24,793 nt of DNA from contig CAJWLU010000034.1 in assembly GCA_913043225.1 (NCBI GenBank), forward strand, positions 1 to 24,793, given 5' to 3'. This DNA is from an uncultured Acidobacteriota bacterium. GTDB taxonomy: Bacteria > Acidobacteriota > Vicinamibacteria > Vicinamibacterales > UBA8438. The position numbers were made by a program, and so were the translations under genes. Shown here in pieces: positions 17,144 to 24,793 of the stretch. Every line of letters begins with the position of its first letter. Position 1 is the stretch's first letter. Below the pieces are notes generated by a model that searched no databases, was not told the origin of the DNA, and saw nothing but the letters and a program-made list of their open reading frames with translations.

Positions 17144-18472
17144 GTGGTGGGAGCAACCGTGATCCGTTGGCGGCCGGTGGTCTTCGTCCTCGCGTTGTTG
17201 GTGGCGGTGGGCGTCGTTGGCACCCTGTTCGTCGATGTTGCACCGCAGGCCGTCGAGGCGGAGGCGCGCGATCTCGAGTTCACCACGCCTGAGGATGTCG
17301 GCGTCTCATCCGAGCGCCTGAAGCGGCTCGACGCTGGCATGCAGGCGATGGTGGATGATGGCAAGTTGGCTGGCGTAGCTACCATGCTCGCTCGTCACGG
17401 CAAGGTGGTTTTCACCGACGCGGCCGGTAAGCTCGACATCGCCAAGGATGCGCCGGTCGAGCTCGACTCCATCTTCCGCATCTACTCCATGACCAAGCCG
17501 GTGGTTGGCGTGGCCATGATGATGCTCTACGAAGAGGGTAAGTATCAGCTCAACGACCCGGTCTCGAAGTTCATTCCCGGATTCGCCGACCTGGAGGTTT
17601 ACACGGGTGAGGGTTCGGACGGCATGATGGAGACCGAGCCGCTAGCGCGCGGCCGGCGTATCACCATGCGTGATCTAATGAAGCACACTGCCGGACTTGG
17701 CTACGTGCTGAACCCGCGGCATCCGGTAACCCGGGCATTCCAGCAGACCGCGGTGCTCGATGCAAACGCGTCGCTACAGACGATGGTCGACAAGATCGTT
17801 AAGGTGCCGCTGATTGCCCAGCCGCAGACCACATGGGCTTACAGCTCGTCGGTCGACGTGCAGGGCTACTTGGTCGAGCATCTCTCGGGGCAGCCGCTTG
17901 CCGACTTCCTCCAGGAGCAGATCTTCAGGCCGCTCGGCATGGTGGATACGGCGTTCTACGTGCCCGTGTCCAAGAAGGACCGGGTGGCTTCGATCCATGC
18001 GCCCACCCGCGAGGGTGGACTCCGCCCCACCTACGAAGGTCGTGGGGCGCTCCGCACCGAGCCGCCGGCCGGCCCCTCCGGCGGTGGCGGCCTGTACGGT
18101 ACCGCGCCCGACTACATCCGGTTCGCGCAGATGCTGCTCAACGGCGGCGAGCTCAACGGCGTCCGCCTGTTGTCGCCTCGCTCGATCGAGCTTATGGCCA
18201 GCGATCACCTCACCGAAGAGGAGAAGAGCGGTTACCGTCGGCCCGGCCAGACCTGGGGCCTCAACTTCTCGGTGGTAACCGACGCGGCTGCCTCGGGTGA
18301 AGCTTGGTCAAACGGATCTTTCTACTGGCTGGGGATCGCCGGCACCTGGTTCTGGGTTGACCCCGAGGAGGACCTGGTCTTCGTCGGTATGATCCAGGCG
18401 AACGGACCGGCCATCAACGAGGTGCAGCAGCTTTCGCGCAGCCTCGTCTATCAGGCCGTCGTCGGCGACTAG
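17144..18472 (+). CDS. Serine hydrolase, beta-lactamase class C / esterase family VIII, exported (start 17144 or 17147)
   Basis: FRIYSMTKP (SxxK), HTAGL, WAYS, IFRPLGMVDT, GGGGLYGT, WLGIAGTWFWVDP; AAAGGAGGTG RBS; hydrophobic N-terminus. Confidence 0.92.
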   Translation: MVGATVIRWRPVVFVLALLVAVGVVGTLFVDVAPQAVEAEARDLEFTTPEDVGVSSERLKRLDAGMQAMVDDGKLAGVATMLARHGKVVFTDAAGKLDIAKDAPVELDSIFRIYSMTKPVVGVAMMMLYEEGKYQLNDPVSKFIPGFADLEVYTGEGSDGMMETEPLARGRRITMRDLMKHTAGLGYVLNPRHPVTRAFQQTAVLDANASLQTMVDKIVKVPLIAQPQTTWAYSSSVDVQGYLVEHLSGQPLADFLQEQIFRPLGMVDTAFYVPVSKKDRVASIHAPTREGGLRPTYEGRGALRTEPPAGPSGGGGLYGTAPDYIRFAQMLLNGGELNGVRLLSPRSIELMASDHLTEEEKSGYRRPGQTWGLNFSVVTDAAASGEAWSNGSFYWLGIAGTWFWVDPEEDLVFVGMIQANGPAINEVQQLSRSLVYQAVVGD

Positions 18473-18617
18473 GGAGTCACCTCGGCCTGCGACGCTACGG
18501 TTGATTCGTCGGTCGGGCAGTTGCATCGGCGTCCTCCGCGCGCCGGTATAGCGCGATTCCCTTCCCGTGGTCTGGGTGAGGCGGGTAGGATCCGTTCCGC
18601 GAAAGGAGTCGCTGCCG

Positions 18618-19883
18618 GTGTCCCCGTCCTTCACCCGTTTCTCGTTGAGTGTCCAGCCGGAGGGTGCGTTTACCGTGCTGGCTGCCGCGCGGCAGCTTGC
18701 CGCCGCGGGTAAGGACGTCATCGAACTGGAGATCGGCGATAGCCCGTATGCGTCGCCCGAGGGCGCGGTCGAGGCCGGTATCCAGGCCATTCGGGATGGC
18801 CGCACCAGCTATGGCCCCTCGGTCGGGCTGTCCGAGTTCAGGGCGGCGGTGGCTGACTATGTGAACGAGGAGCACGGTTTCTCGGTGGAGGCCGAGCATG
18901 TGATCGCCGGCCCTGGTGCCAAGACGTTTGAACAGCTGTTCTGCGAGGCGTTCCTCGAGGCCGATGACGGTGTGCTCGTGTTCAGCCCCCACTTTCCGAC
19001 CTACGCGGCGAACATCGCGCGTCGAGGGGCGCGGATGGTGCTGTCCAGTTTGCGGGCCGCCGATGCCTTTCGTCCGTCGCTCGACGATGTGCGTCGCTTT
19101 TTGGAGGAGGACGCGCGGCCCAAGGCCATCTTCCTCAACAGTCCGCACAATCCCACCGGAGGCGTCGCTACCGAGGCCGACCTCGCTGGCCTGGCCGACC
19201 TCGTCCGAGGACGGGATGTCGCGGTATTCAGCGACGAGCCCTACGACTGCATGGTCTGGGCGGGACGTCACCACTCGCTGCTGGCCCAGCCCGGCATGCT
19301 CGAGCAGACGGTGGCGGCCTACACCTTCAGCAAGTCGTTTAGCATGAGCGGCTGGCGGCTTGGCTACGCTGTCTCGAGTCTCGAGAACATCGCCGTGCTC
19401 GACCTGCTCACCAACACGGCTCTCTCCTGTGTCCCCCCCTTCACGCAGATTGCGGGCGCGGCGGCGCTCTGGCATGACCGGGCCTACCGAGATGCTCGAA
19501 TACAGGACTTTCAGCGGAAGGTCGAGCTGCTGGTGACTGGCCTCAACGGGGTGGACGGGATCACCTGTCTGATGCCGGGGGGGACTTTCTATGTCTTTCC
19601 TTCGGTGGCAGCTATCTGCAATCGAGTCGGCATCACCTCACACGGCCTGGCGATGTATCTGCTCGAAGGGGCAGACGACCAGGTCGGTGTCGCGTGCCTC
19701 GGGGGCGAATGTTTCGGCGAGGCGGGGGCTGGCTTCCTGCGATTGAGCTGCGCCCAGCCGGATGAGCGTCTGACCGCCGCCGTCTCGTTCATTGCCGAGG
19801 CGTCTACCCGGACACCCCGGATCGAGTCCTACCTCGACGCGTATCCGGAGTTCCGTTCCGCCGAGCTCTACTCGCTCGACTGA
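18618..19883 (+). CDS. PLP-dependent aminotransferase class I/II (aspartate aminotransferase-like)
   Basis: LNSPHNPTGG, SDEPY, PLP lysine motif TFSKSFSMSGWRLGY, GTFYVFP, FLRLS; start moved to GTG 18618 after AAAGGAG. Confidence 0.93.
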   Translation: MSPSFTRFSLSVQPEGAFTVLAAARQLAAAGKDVIELEIGDSPYASPEGAVEAGIQAIRDGRTSYGPSVGLSEFRAAVADYVNEEHGFSVEAEHVIAGPGAKTFEQLFCEAFLEADDGVLVFSPHFPTYAANIARRGARMVLSSLRAADAFRPSLDDVRRFLEEDARPKAIFLNSPHNPTGGVATEADLAGLADLVRGRDVAVFSDEPYDCMVWAGRHHSLLAQPGMLEQTVAAYTFSKSFSMSGWRLGYAVSSLENIAVLDLLTNTALSCVPPFTQIAGAAALWHDRAYRDARIQDFQRKVELLVTGLNGVDGITCLMPGGTFYVFPSVAAICNRVGITSHGLAMYLLEGADDQVGVACLGGECFGEAGAGFLRLSCAQPDERLTAAVSFIAEASTRTPRIESYLDAYPEFRSAELYSLD

Positions 19884-20488
19884 GCGAGCCGCTCCTGCAC
19901 GCTGGCGACCAGCTCCGCGACGGGACGGGTGCCAGAGAGCTGGAGCATGGCCCAGCGTCGGGTCGGCTCGACCCACCGTTCGAACATCGGCTGCGCGTCA
20001 CGTGCGAAACGCTCGCGGACTTCGGTGGCGTCGCGGCCGCGCTCTTCCAGATCGCGCGCAACGCGTCGTGCGAGCGCTGTATCCTCGTGGACGTCCAGGA
20101 ACACTGTCAGATCGAAGATGGCGCGCGTCCTCTCATCATGGAACACCAGCAGTCCCTCGACGATCACCAGGCTCCCTGGGGTCACCAGTCGGGTGCGATC
20201 TGCGCGCGTGTGGTTGGTGTAGTCGTAGACCGGAGTGTGAACGGCAGCGCCGTCGGCCAGCCGCGCGAGGTCTGTCGCGAAGCGGTCCCAGTCGAACGCC
20301 GCGGGGATGTCGAAGTTCCACCGCTGCCGCTCGTTCGGTGTCAGCTCCGAAAGATCGCGATAGTAGGCATCCTGGGGAAGCACGACGCCGCCGCTTGCGT
20401 CGGCCAGGGCGTGGGCCAGGGTGGACTTGCCCGAGCACGAGCCGCCGGCCAGTCCGACCAGACGGGGCCCGCTGCGCGAGGACATCAC
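19868..20488 (-). CDS. udk: Uridine kinase
   Basis: P-loop GLAGGSCSGKST, QDAYYRD, NFDIPAAFD, PVYDYTNHTR, IVEGLL, RRVARDLEERGR, WVEPTRRWA. Confidence 0.9.
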   Translation of the reverse strand: MMSSRSGPRLVGLAGGSCSGKSTLAHALADASGGVVLPQDAYYRDLSELTPNERQRWNFDIPAAFDWDRFATDLARLADGAAVHTPVYDYTNHTRADRTRLVTPGSLVIVEGLLVFHDERTRAIFDLTVFLDVHEDTALARRVARDLEERGRDATEVRERFARDAQPMFERWVEPTRRWAMLQLSGTRPVAELVASVQERLAQSSE

Positions 20489-20850
20489 GGCGTACTCTAC
20501 CGTGGCAGGTTAGGAGAAGGCGGGTGGGCCGAAGACCCCGCAATTGGTGCCTCGCATGCGCCAAGTCTTCGGCCCATCCTGGCCGCGACTGCGTTCGCCG
20601 GCTCAAGGAGGAGTCGCCGGCGTCCGCGTTCTCGCGTCCCCTCTTCCAGCCCGCAAGCCTCAGGCCAACTACATGGACGCCCCCGCCGGATCGGCGCGGT
20701 GCATGGAGCGGGGCAGTGTTTGTAGTCGGATCTCGCAGTGCCTGGCTGGCGTTGGCTAGGGACGGTCCGGGTTAGGGCCACGTTTGTGTAGCGGTTCCAG
20801 GCGTGGATCCACAAAGTTGCGGGGGCGTGGCCCAGTCACGGGGTGCCCGC

Positions 20851-21618
20851 TTAGATCGACTCCAGATGGTCGGCTCGGGTCCAGCCGACCTTGCCGTCCT
20901 CGAGCACGATCTCGGCCCAGTCGTCCGAGCGCCTGTCGATCCGAACCTTCGTGCCTTCGTGGACGGTGAAGATCTGCAAGGCTACATCTTCAGATGGCGC
21001 GCTTTGCACGGTGGCCTCGGCGCTCATTACCACCGCCTTTTCGGCGGCTCCGAACGACAGCTCCCGTACGACCAGGTTGATGCCGAGCAGGAACGTTGTG
21101 GCTGCACCCACCACGGCAACCCGTTTTCCCAAAGCCGCCACAGGCGTCGTGGGTCTGAGGATGGTGACGATCAGCCCCGTCATGGCGGCGAGGTAAGCCA
21201 GCGCCGCGAACCACAGGAGTGCCGGACGGGGGAGGAGGTTGACCCACCAACCGACGATCCCGAACAGCCAGAACTCCGGAAGTGGCGTGACGGCGTCGGT
21301 GGTGAGCGACCGAGCAAGCTCGAGGTTGGCCGCGAGATCTTCGTCAGCGGGCATCAGCCGCCTGGCCCGCTCGTAGTAGAGGATCGCGGGGCCCAGCTCG
21401 CCCAGCTTGAAGTAGGCGTTTCCCACGTTGTAGTAGAGTTCTCCGCCTTCCAGTCCTTGGTCGAGGATCTGGGCGTAGCGGTCGAGTGCGCCCCGGAAGT
21501 CCCCTTCCTGATACCGCTGGTTCCCTTCGTCGAAGAACGCCTCCTGCGCGTCGACCCTCGGTCCAGTCAGGCCGGTGGCCACGACCGCCGCGAGTAACAC
21601 GGTGACTCGTATCCTCAT
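20851..21618 (-). CDS. batE: BatE-like protein: signal peptide, TPR repeats, two TM segments, C-terminal SH3-like domain
   Basis: LYYNVGNAYFKLGELGPAILYYERA, VHEGTKVRI...WAEIVLEDGKVGW; TGATG coupling to batD. Confidence 0.85.
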   Translation of the reverse strand: MRIRVTVLLAAVVATGLTGPRVDAQEAFFDEGNQRYQEGDFRGALDRYAQILDQGLEGGELYYNVGNAYFKLGELGPAILYYERARRLMPADEDLAANLELARSLTTDAVTPLPEFWLFGIVGWWVNLLPRPALLWFAALAYLAAMTGLIVTILRPTTPVAALGKRVAVVGAATTFLLGINLVVRELSFGAAEKAVVMSAEATVQSAPSEDVALQIFTVHEGTKVRIDRRSDDWAEIVLEDGKVGWTRADHLESI

Positions 21619-23420
21619 CAGAGTGCCTCGTCCAGTGCGATCATGGCCTGACCTGCACGGGTCAGGAACTCCTCCATCGCGGCGTGGTCGGGCGAAGTCG
21701 GCGCGAAACGCTGTCGGTCGCAGTCTTCCAGACAGCCGAGGTATCGCTCGACGAGGGAGGGATCGACGCTTCGGCCGTCGAGTCGAGTCCGCACTTCGTC
21801 ACGAAGCATGCCAGCCTCGGCGATGTTTAGCTTGTCGCCGAGAAACCCCTGCAGCGCTCGACCCACCTCGGCGTAGAACTCCCGGTGCTGCTCGGGAGAC
21901 TGGAGCGACTCGGCATGCGAGAGTCGCTGCTTTGCCACCCGCGACGCCCGGCGTCGGCGGGCGTATCCGACATCACCCTGAAGCCGGTCCTCATGCCGCC
22001 TGAACGCCACCGCTCCACCGAGCGCGACCAATGGGAAGAGCGCGACTACCCAGAACCAGGTGCTGCCGAGCAGAGCCCCTCCCACCGGGTGGAATGTCGG
22101 GCTCGCGATCCGGATGAAACGGATATCCTGGCGTTCGAGGTCGATCTCCGTCCGCAGGCGACCCGCGGGGCCCGCCGGGGCCTGAGTGGGATCGCCCGCG
22201 ATCGAGAGAGTGATGACATCGGTGGCCGCCGCCGCATACTGCCCGGTGTCGGGATCAAGATACGACAGCTCCACCTGCGGGAGGGTGACCGTGCCCGGAG
22301 AGCGAGGTACCAGCACGTACTCGAACGTCTTCGACCCACGAATTCCATCTGGCGTCGGATCGATCTGTTCCGTAACTTCGGGGGGATACACCTCGAGCGA
22401 CGACGGGAATGCCAGCTCCAATACTGGCAGCGTCCGGATGTTGCCGGTACCGGTTACCGACAGGCGGTAGGTCAGGGCATCATTGACCTCCGCCGTGGTG
22501 CGGTCGACCGAGGCGGAGACGTCGAGCGCGCCGACCAGGCCTGAGAACGACGAGGGTGGACCCTGTGGTAGGGGGAGGACCTCGATCTCGACTGGCTCCG
22601 ATCCAACGACCACCGGAACTCGGCGGCCGAACAGGCCGCCACCAAAAACCCCGTCGAACGGATCGCCAAAGACGCTCCGGCCACGTTGCTGGACCCGTAT
22701 TTGCGTCTCCACCGTCAGTGGCTCCAGCGTTCTGGTGCCCGCGCCAGTTGGGTACAGTGCCACCCGACGAATGACTGCGCTGGCGTAGGTCACACCGTCA
22801 CGGACCACCTGTTCCGCCTGTCCGGTGGATCCGCCAAGCTCCTCAACCCAGAACCCCCTCGTACTGGGCTGCCGGGTGATGTCATACCCCTCGACGTCGA
22901 CCCTCGTGAAGATCCGATACTCGACGACCACGGCCTGGTTGACATACACCCGGGTCGTATTGGGGGTCGCCGTCAAGAACAGATCCTCAGGCCTAATGCT
23001 TTCATCGGCGGGTCGGCCATTCGTGCTCGGCGGCGGCGCGTTGGAGACTGCAATCGACAAGGGCTCGGTCGCCAGCGATTGGCCCGCCGCTTGAACTTCG
23101 ACGGGGTCGATGTCGAAGGTGCCCTCGGTGGTGGCCTGGTAGCGATACTTGATGGTGAGCGACATCGCCGTCCGGCCATTGGTGATCTGCATCGACGTCG
23201 AAGTACCCGAACCGAGGAAGGCCGCGAACGTCGACAGGTCGGGGACCACCGGATCCTCGTCGAACTGCTGAACTCCGGTGACTTCCACGTTCAGGACGAA
23301 CTGGCGTCCCACCGCCACCTGCGGCTGGCTGAGGTAGGCCCGGACGGACTGCGCCTCGGCTGCGGCGGCCACCGTAAGGAGTCCTAGTGTCCAGACGATC
23401 AGATTGAGCATGCGCCTCAC
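21618..23420 (-). CDS. batD: BatD-family protein
   Basis: 600 aa; STSMQITNG, YVNQAVVVEYRIF, GFWVEEL, EVLPLP, GTGNI, FEYVLVPR, DIRFI, TM segment near the C-terminus, RFAP; GTGA overlap with batC. Confidence 0.9.
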   Translation of the reverse strand: MRRMLNLIVWTLGLLTVAAAAEAQSVRAYLSQPQVAVGRQFVLNVEVTGVQQFDEDPVVPDLSTFAAFLGSGTSTSMQITNGRTAMSLTIKYRYQATTEGTFDIDPVEVQAAGQSLATEPLSIAVSNAPPPSTNGRPADESIRPEDLFLTATPNTTRVYVNQAVVVEYRIFTRVDVEGYDITRQPSTRGFWVEELGGSTGQAEQVVRDGVTYASAVIRRVALYPTGAGTRTLEPLTVETQIRVQQRGRSVFGDPFDGVFGGGLFGRRVPVVVGSEPVEIEVLPLPQGPPSSFSGLVGALDVSASVDRTTAEVNDALTYRLSVTGTGNIRTLPVLELAFPSSLEVYPPEVTEQIDPTPDGIRGSKTFEYVLVPRSPGTVTLPQVELSYLDPDTGQYAAAATDVITLSIAGDPTQAPAGPAGRLRTEIDLERQDIRFIRIASPTFHPVGGALLGSTWFWVVALFPLVALGGAVAFRRHEDRLQGDVGYARRRRASRVAKQRLSHAESLQSPEQHREFYAEVGRALQGFLGDKLNIAEAGMLRDEVRTRLDGRSVDPSLVERYLGCLEDCDRQRFAPTSPDHAAMEEFLTRAGQAMIALDEAL

Positions 23421-24214
23421 CAGGGCCTCCTCACCGGCCTGATGGGTGTCGTGCTGCGCCGCTGCCGCTGTACCTGACTCGGGTCTTCAGCGATGGCATC
23501 GAGGAGACGTTCCGCCTCCTCGCGGCTCAGCTCGCCAAGGGCGTTCTCCGCTGGCGGCGGCTCCGCTTCGTTCTCCGGGGTGGGGTCCTGCTCGTCGGGT
23601 CGGTCCTGAGAGCCGTCCTGTGGCTCGTCCTGCTGGTCCTGTGAGTCTTCCTGGTTTTGGTCTTCGGAGGACGACGCGTCCTGTCGGTCCTGCTGTTCTT
23701 GTTGGTCCTGTTCCGGTTGGTCCTGTTGTTCTTGCTGTTCCTGGTTGTCTCCGTCCTGCGGTTGTTGCTGCTCTTGTTGCTGTAACTGCTCGATCGCCAG
23801 CTCGAGATTGTGCTTCGCGTCCGCGTCGGTCGGATCCCTGCGAAGCGCCTGCTTGTAGGCGTCGAGGGCTGGCTCGAGCTGTTGCTGACGGAACAACGCG
23901 TTACCCAGGTTGTACCAGGCCCGCGCGTCGACGGCCGGGTCGCCGCTCTCGGCGGCCTGGCGATAGGCGTCCATGGCTCGCTCGAGCTCATCGGTCCGGT
24001 AGAGCGCGTTGCCGTTGTTGAAGGGTGCCACCGGCGAGTCCGGAGCCTCCCGGAGCGCTTCGAGATACCGCTCGTGCGCCTCGTCGTAGCGGCCCTCGTC
24101 GTACAGCTGGTTTCCCTCTGCCACCGCGCGCCGTCCCGGTTGTGCCGAAGCACTCAGTGGCCACACTAGCGCCAGCACGAGCCCGGTTGCCGCGACGCGT
24201 ATCGTCCGGCTCAC
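23417..24214 (-). CDS. batC: BatC-like TPR protein; own start GTG 24214, also readable as an in-frame fusion from ATG 24316
   Basis: Signal peptide MSRTIRVAATGLVLALVWPLSASA-Q, TPRs (FNNGNALYR, WYNLGNALF, YKQALRRDPTDADAKHNLELA), Q/E/D-rich linker, terminal LSREEAERLLDAI...RPW; GGAGG 5 nt upstream of the GTG. Confidence 0.87.
   Translation of the reverse strand: MSRTIRVAATGLVLALVWPLSASAQPGRRAVAEGNQLYDEGRYDEAHERYLEALREAPDSPVAPFNNGNALYRTDELERAMDAYRQAAESGDPAVDARAWYNLGNALFRQQQLEPALDAYKQALRRDPTDADAKHNLELAIEQLQQQEQQQPQDGDNQEQQEQQDQPEQDQQEQQDRQDASSSEDQNQEDSQDQQDEPQDGSQDRPDEQDPTPENEAEPPPAENALGELSREEAERLLDAIAEDPSQVQRQRRSTTPIRPVRRPW
23570..23790 (-). repeat. Low-complexity Gln/Glu/Asp-rich coding tract within batC
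   Basis: Encodes QQQEQQQPQDGDNQEQQEQQDQPEQDQQEQQDRQD...; degenerate CAG/CAA/GAC repeats. Confidence 0.7.
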
Positions 24215-24316
24215 GAGAACCTCCCGGTCATCGTCGAGCGCGATGAACCGGAACGGGAGGAGGTGATACCCCCCCTCGCTCGCGTACGCCTCCCGGGCCC
24301 TGAACTTCCGCGTCAT
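24209..24316 (-). pseudogene. hxsB: 5' fragment (~36 codons) of the His-Xaa-Ser system radical SAM maturase HxsB, fused to batC
   Basis: MTRKFRAREAYASEGGYHLLPFRFIALDDDREVLVS matches the characteristic HxsB N-terminus (KF...Y...YxLLPFRF..LD...VL) as I recall it, and overlaps the hxsD stop (ATGA). No CxxxCxxC radical SAM motif follows. Confidence 0.78.
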
Positions 24317-24702
24317 TGCCAGTCCGCAATGTCGAACCCCACGGGGTCGCTCGGGTCACCAGGGGGCTGGGAGTCGAGGTCGTCGAGGGGAGCGAACGCC
24401 TTCGCAACCAGGAGCTCACGGACCGCCTGGGTCTCCCGCGCGACGATGGACCGGGTCTTGAAGTCGATCAGGTCTCTCCCCACCCGTGACCGGAGGGCAT
24501 CGAGCAGACCCTCCGTGAGCGAGCCGTCGAGCCGGGAGAGTATGACCTCGAACCGGTCACCGTCCCGCCCGATCTGGACATCGTAGTCTCCCCCATACCA
24601 GTAGAACGCCTTGAAGACGACGTCCTCCGGGTACATGCAGGCGTCGATTAGCACCGCGACAGAGCCGTCGCCCTGCCTAGTCACCATCGTCTCAGAGTTC
24701 AT
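24313..24702 (-). CDS. hxsD: His-Xaa-Ser system protein HxsD (start ATG 24702 or 24687)
   Basis: ~125-130 aa with ID...YP..VVFKAFYWY and LIDFKTRSIVARETQAVRELLVAKAF, the HxsD family pattern; it lies directly before an hxsB start. Confidence 0.85.
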   Translation of the reverse strand: MNSETMVTRQGDGSVAVLIDACMYPEDVVFKAFYWYGGDYDVQIGRDGDRFEVILSRLDGSLTEGLLDALRSRVGRDLIDFKTRSIVARETQAVRELLVAKAFAPLDDLDSQPPGDPSDPVGFDIADWQ

Positions 24703-24793
24703 CGTCTTCTCGCTGTGAGCGGCGTCGGAGGTAGAGCGCAGTGAGACCGACCGCCACGGCAACTGGAACGGGACCGTCGAGCGGCCCCCCCCC
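24692..24793 (-). CDS. C-terminal 33 aa of an upstream protein ending in a GlyGly-CTERM-like membrane anchor; runs off the right edge
   Basis: Manual translation GGGPLDGPVPVAVAVGLTALYLRRRSQREDDEL*; the TGA at 24692-24694 abuts or overlaps the hxsD start. Confidence 0.6.
   Translation of the reverse strand, partial: GGGPLDGPVPVAVAVGLTALYLRRRSQREDDEL

Noticed and set aside
17144..18472. Antibiotic-resistance interpretation of the beta-lactamase-family and MBL-fold genes
   Set aside because: Motifs fit esterase family VIII-like and RNase Z-like hydrolases; no mobile context or AmpC-type KTG motif.
20489..20850. Possible RNase P, tmRNA, SRP or tRNA in the large intergenic gaps
   Set aside because: None of the signature sequences (GAGGAAAGTCC, tRNA-like T-arm with CCA, SRP GGAA loop context) was seen.
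23570..23790. Q/E/D repeat tract as a CRISPR or tandem-repeat locus
   Set aside because: Degenerate coding low-complexity linker typical of BatC; no fixed repeat-spacer periodicity.

Overview
GC-rich bacterial window, probably Acidobacteriota (Vicinamibacteria-like; inferred from gene content only). It holds mostly housekeeping and envelope genes: partial gabD, a secreted hypothetical protein, a membrane-anchored MutS-domain-V ATPase, an exported SAM methyltransferase with an extra C-terminal domain, an HtrA-type protease, an RNase Z-like MBL hydrolase, thioredoxin, M1 aminopeptidase, a small charged protein, a DedA/VTT protein, an FKBP PPIase, an M16 protease, a shortened PQQ-type propeller coupled to a Cys-rich Asp-box lipoprotein, a serine hydrolase, a class I/II aminotransferase, uridine kinase and batCDE. 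The right end is the most unusual part. The usual batA/batB position is occupied by a piece of a His-Xaa-Ser (hxs) radical-SAM peptide-modification locus: the tail of a GlyGly-CTERM-like protein, a complete hxsD, and only the first ~36 codons of hxsB, fused in frame to batC at GTGAGC. Other signals are a probable one-base frameshift cutting off the signal peptide of the M1 peptidase, an apparent in-frame internal deletion in the PQQ gene, several leaderless-type promoters, and two hairpin-rich intergenic regions that may be structured RNAs. No rRNA, tRNA, CRISPR array or transposase was recognised. All family calls rest on motif recognition, not database searches.
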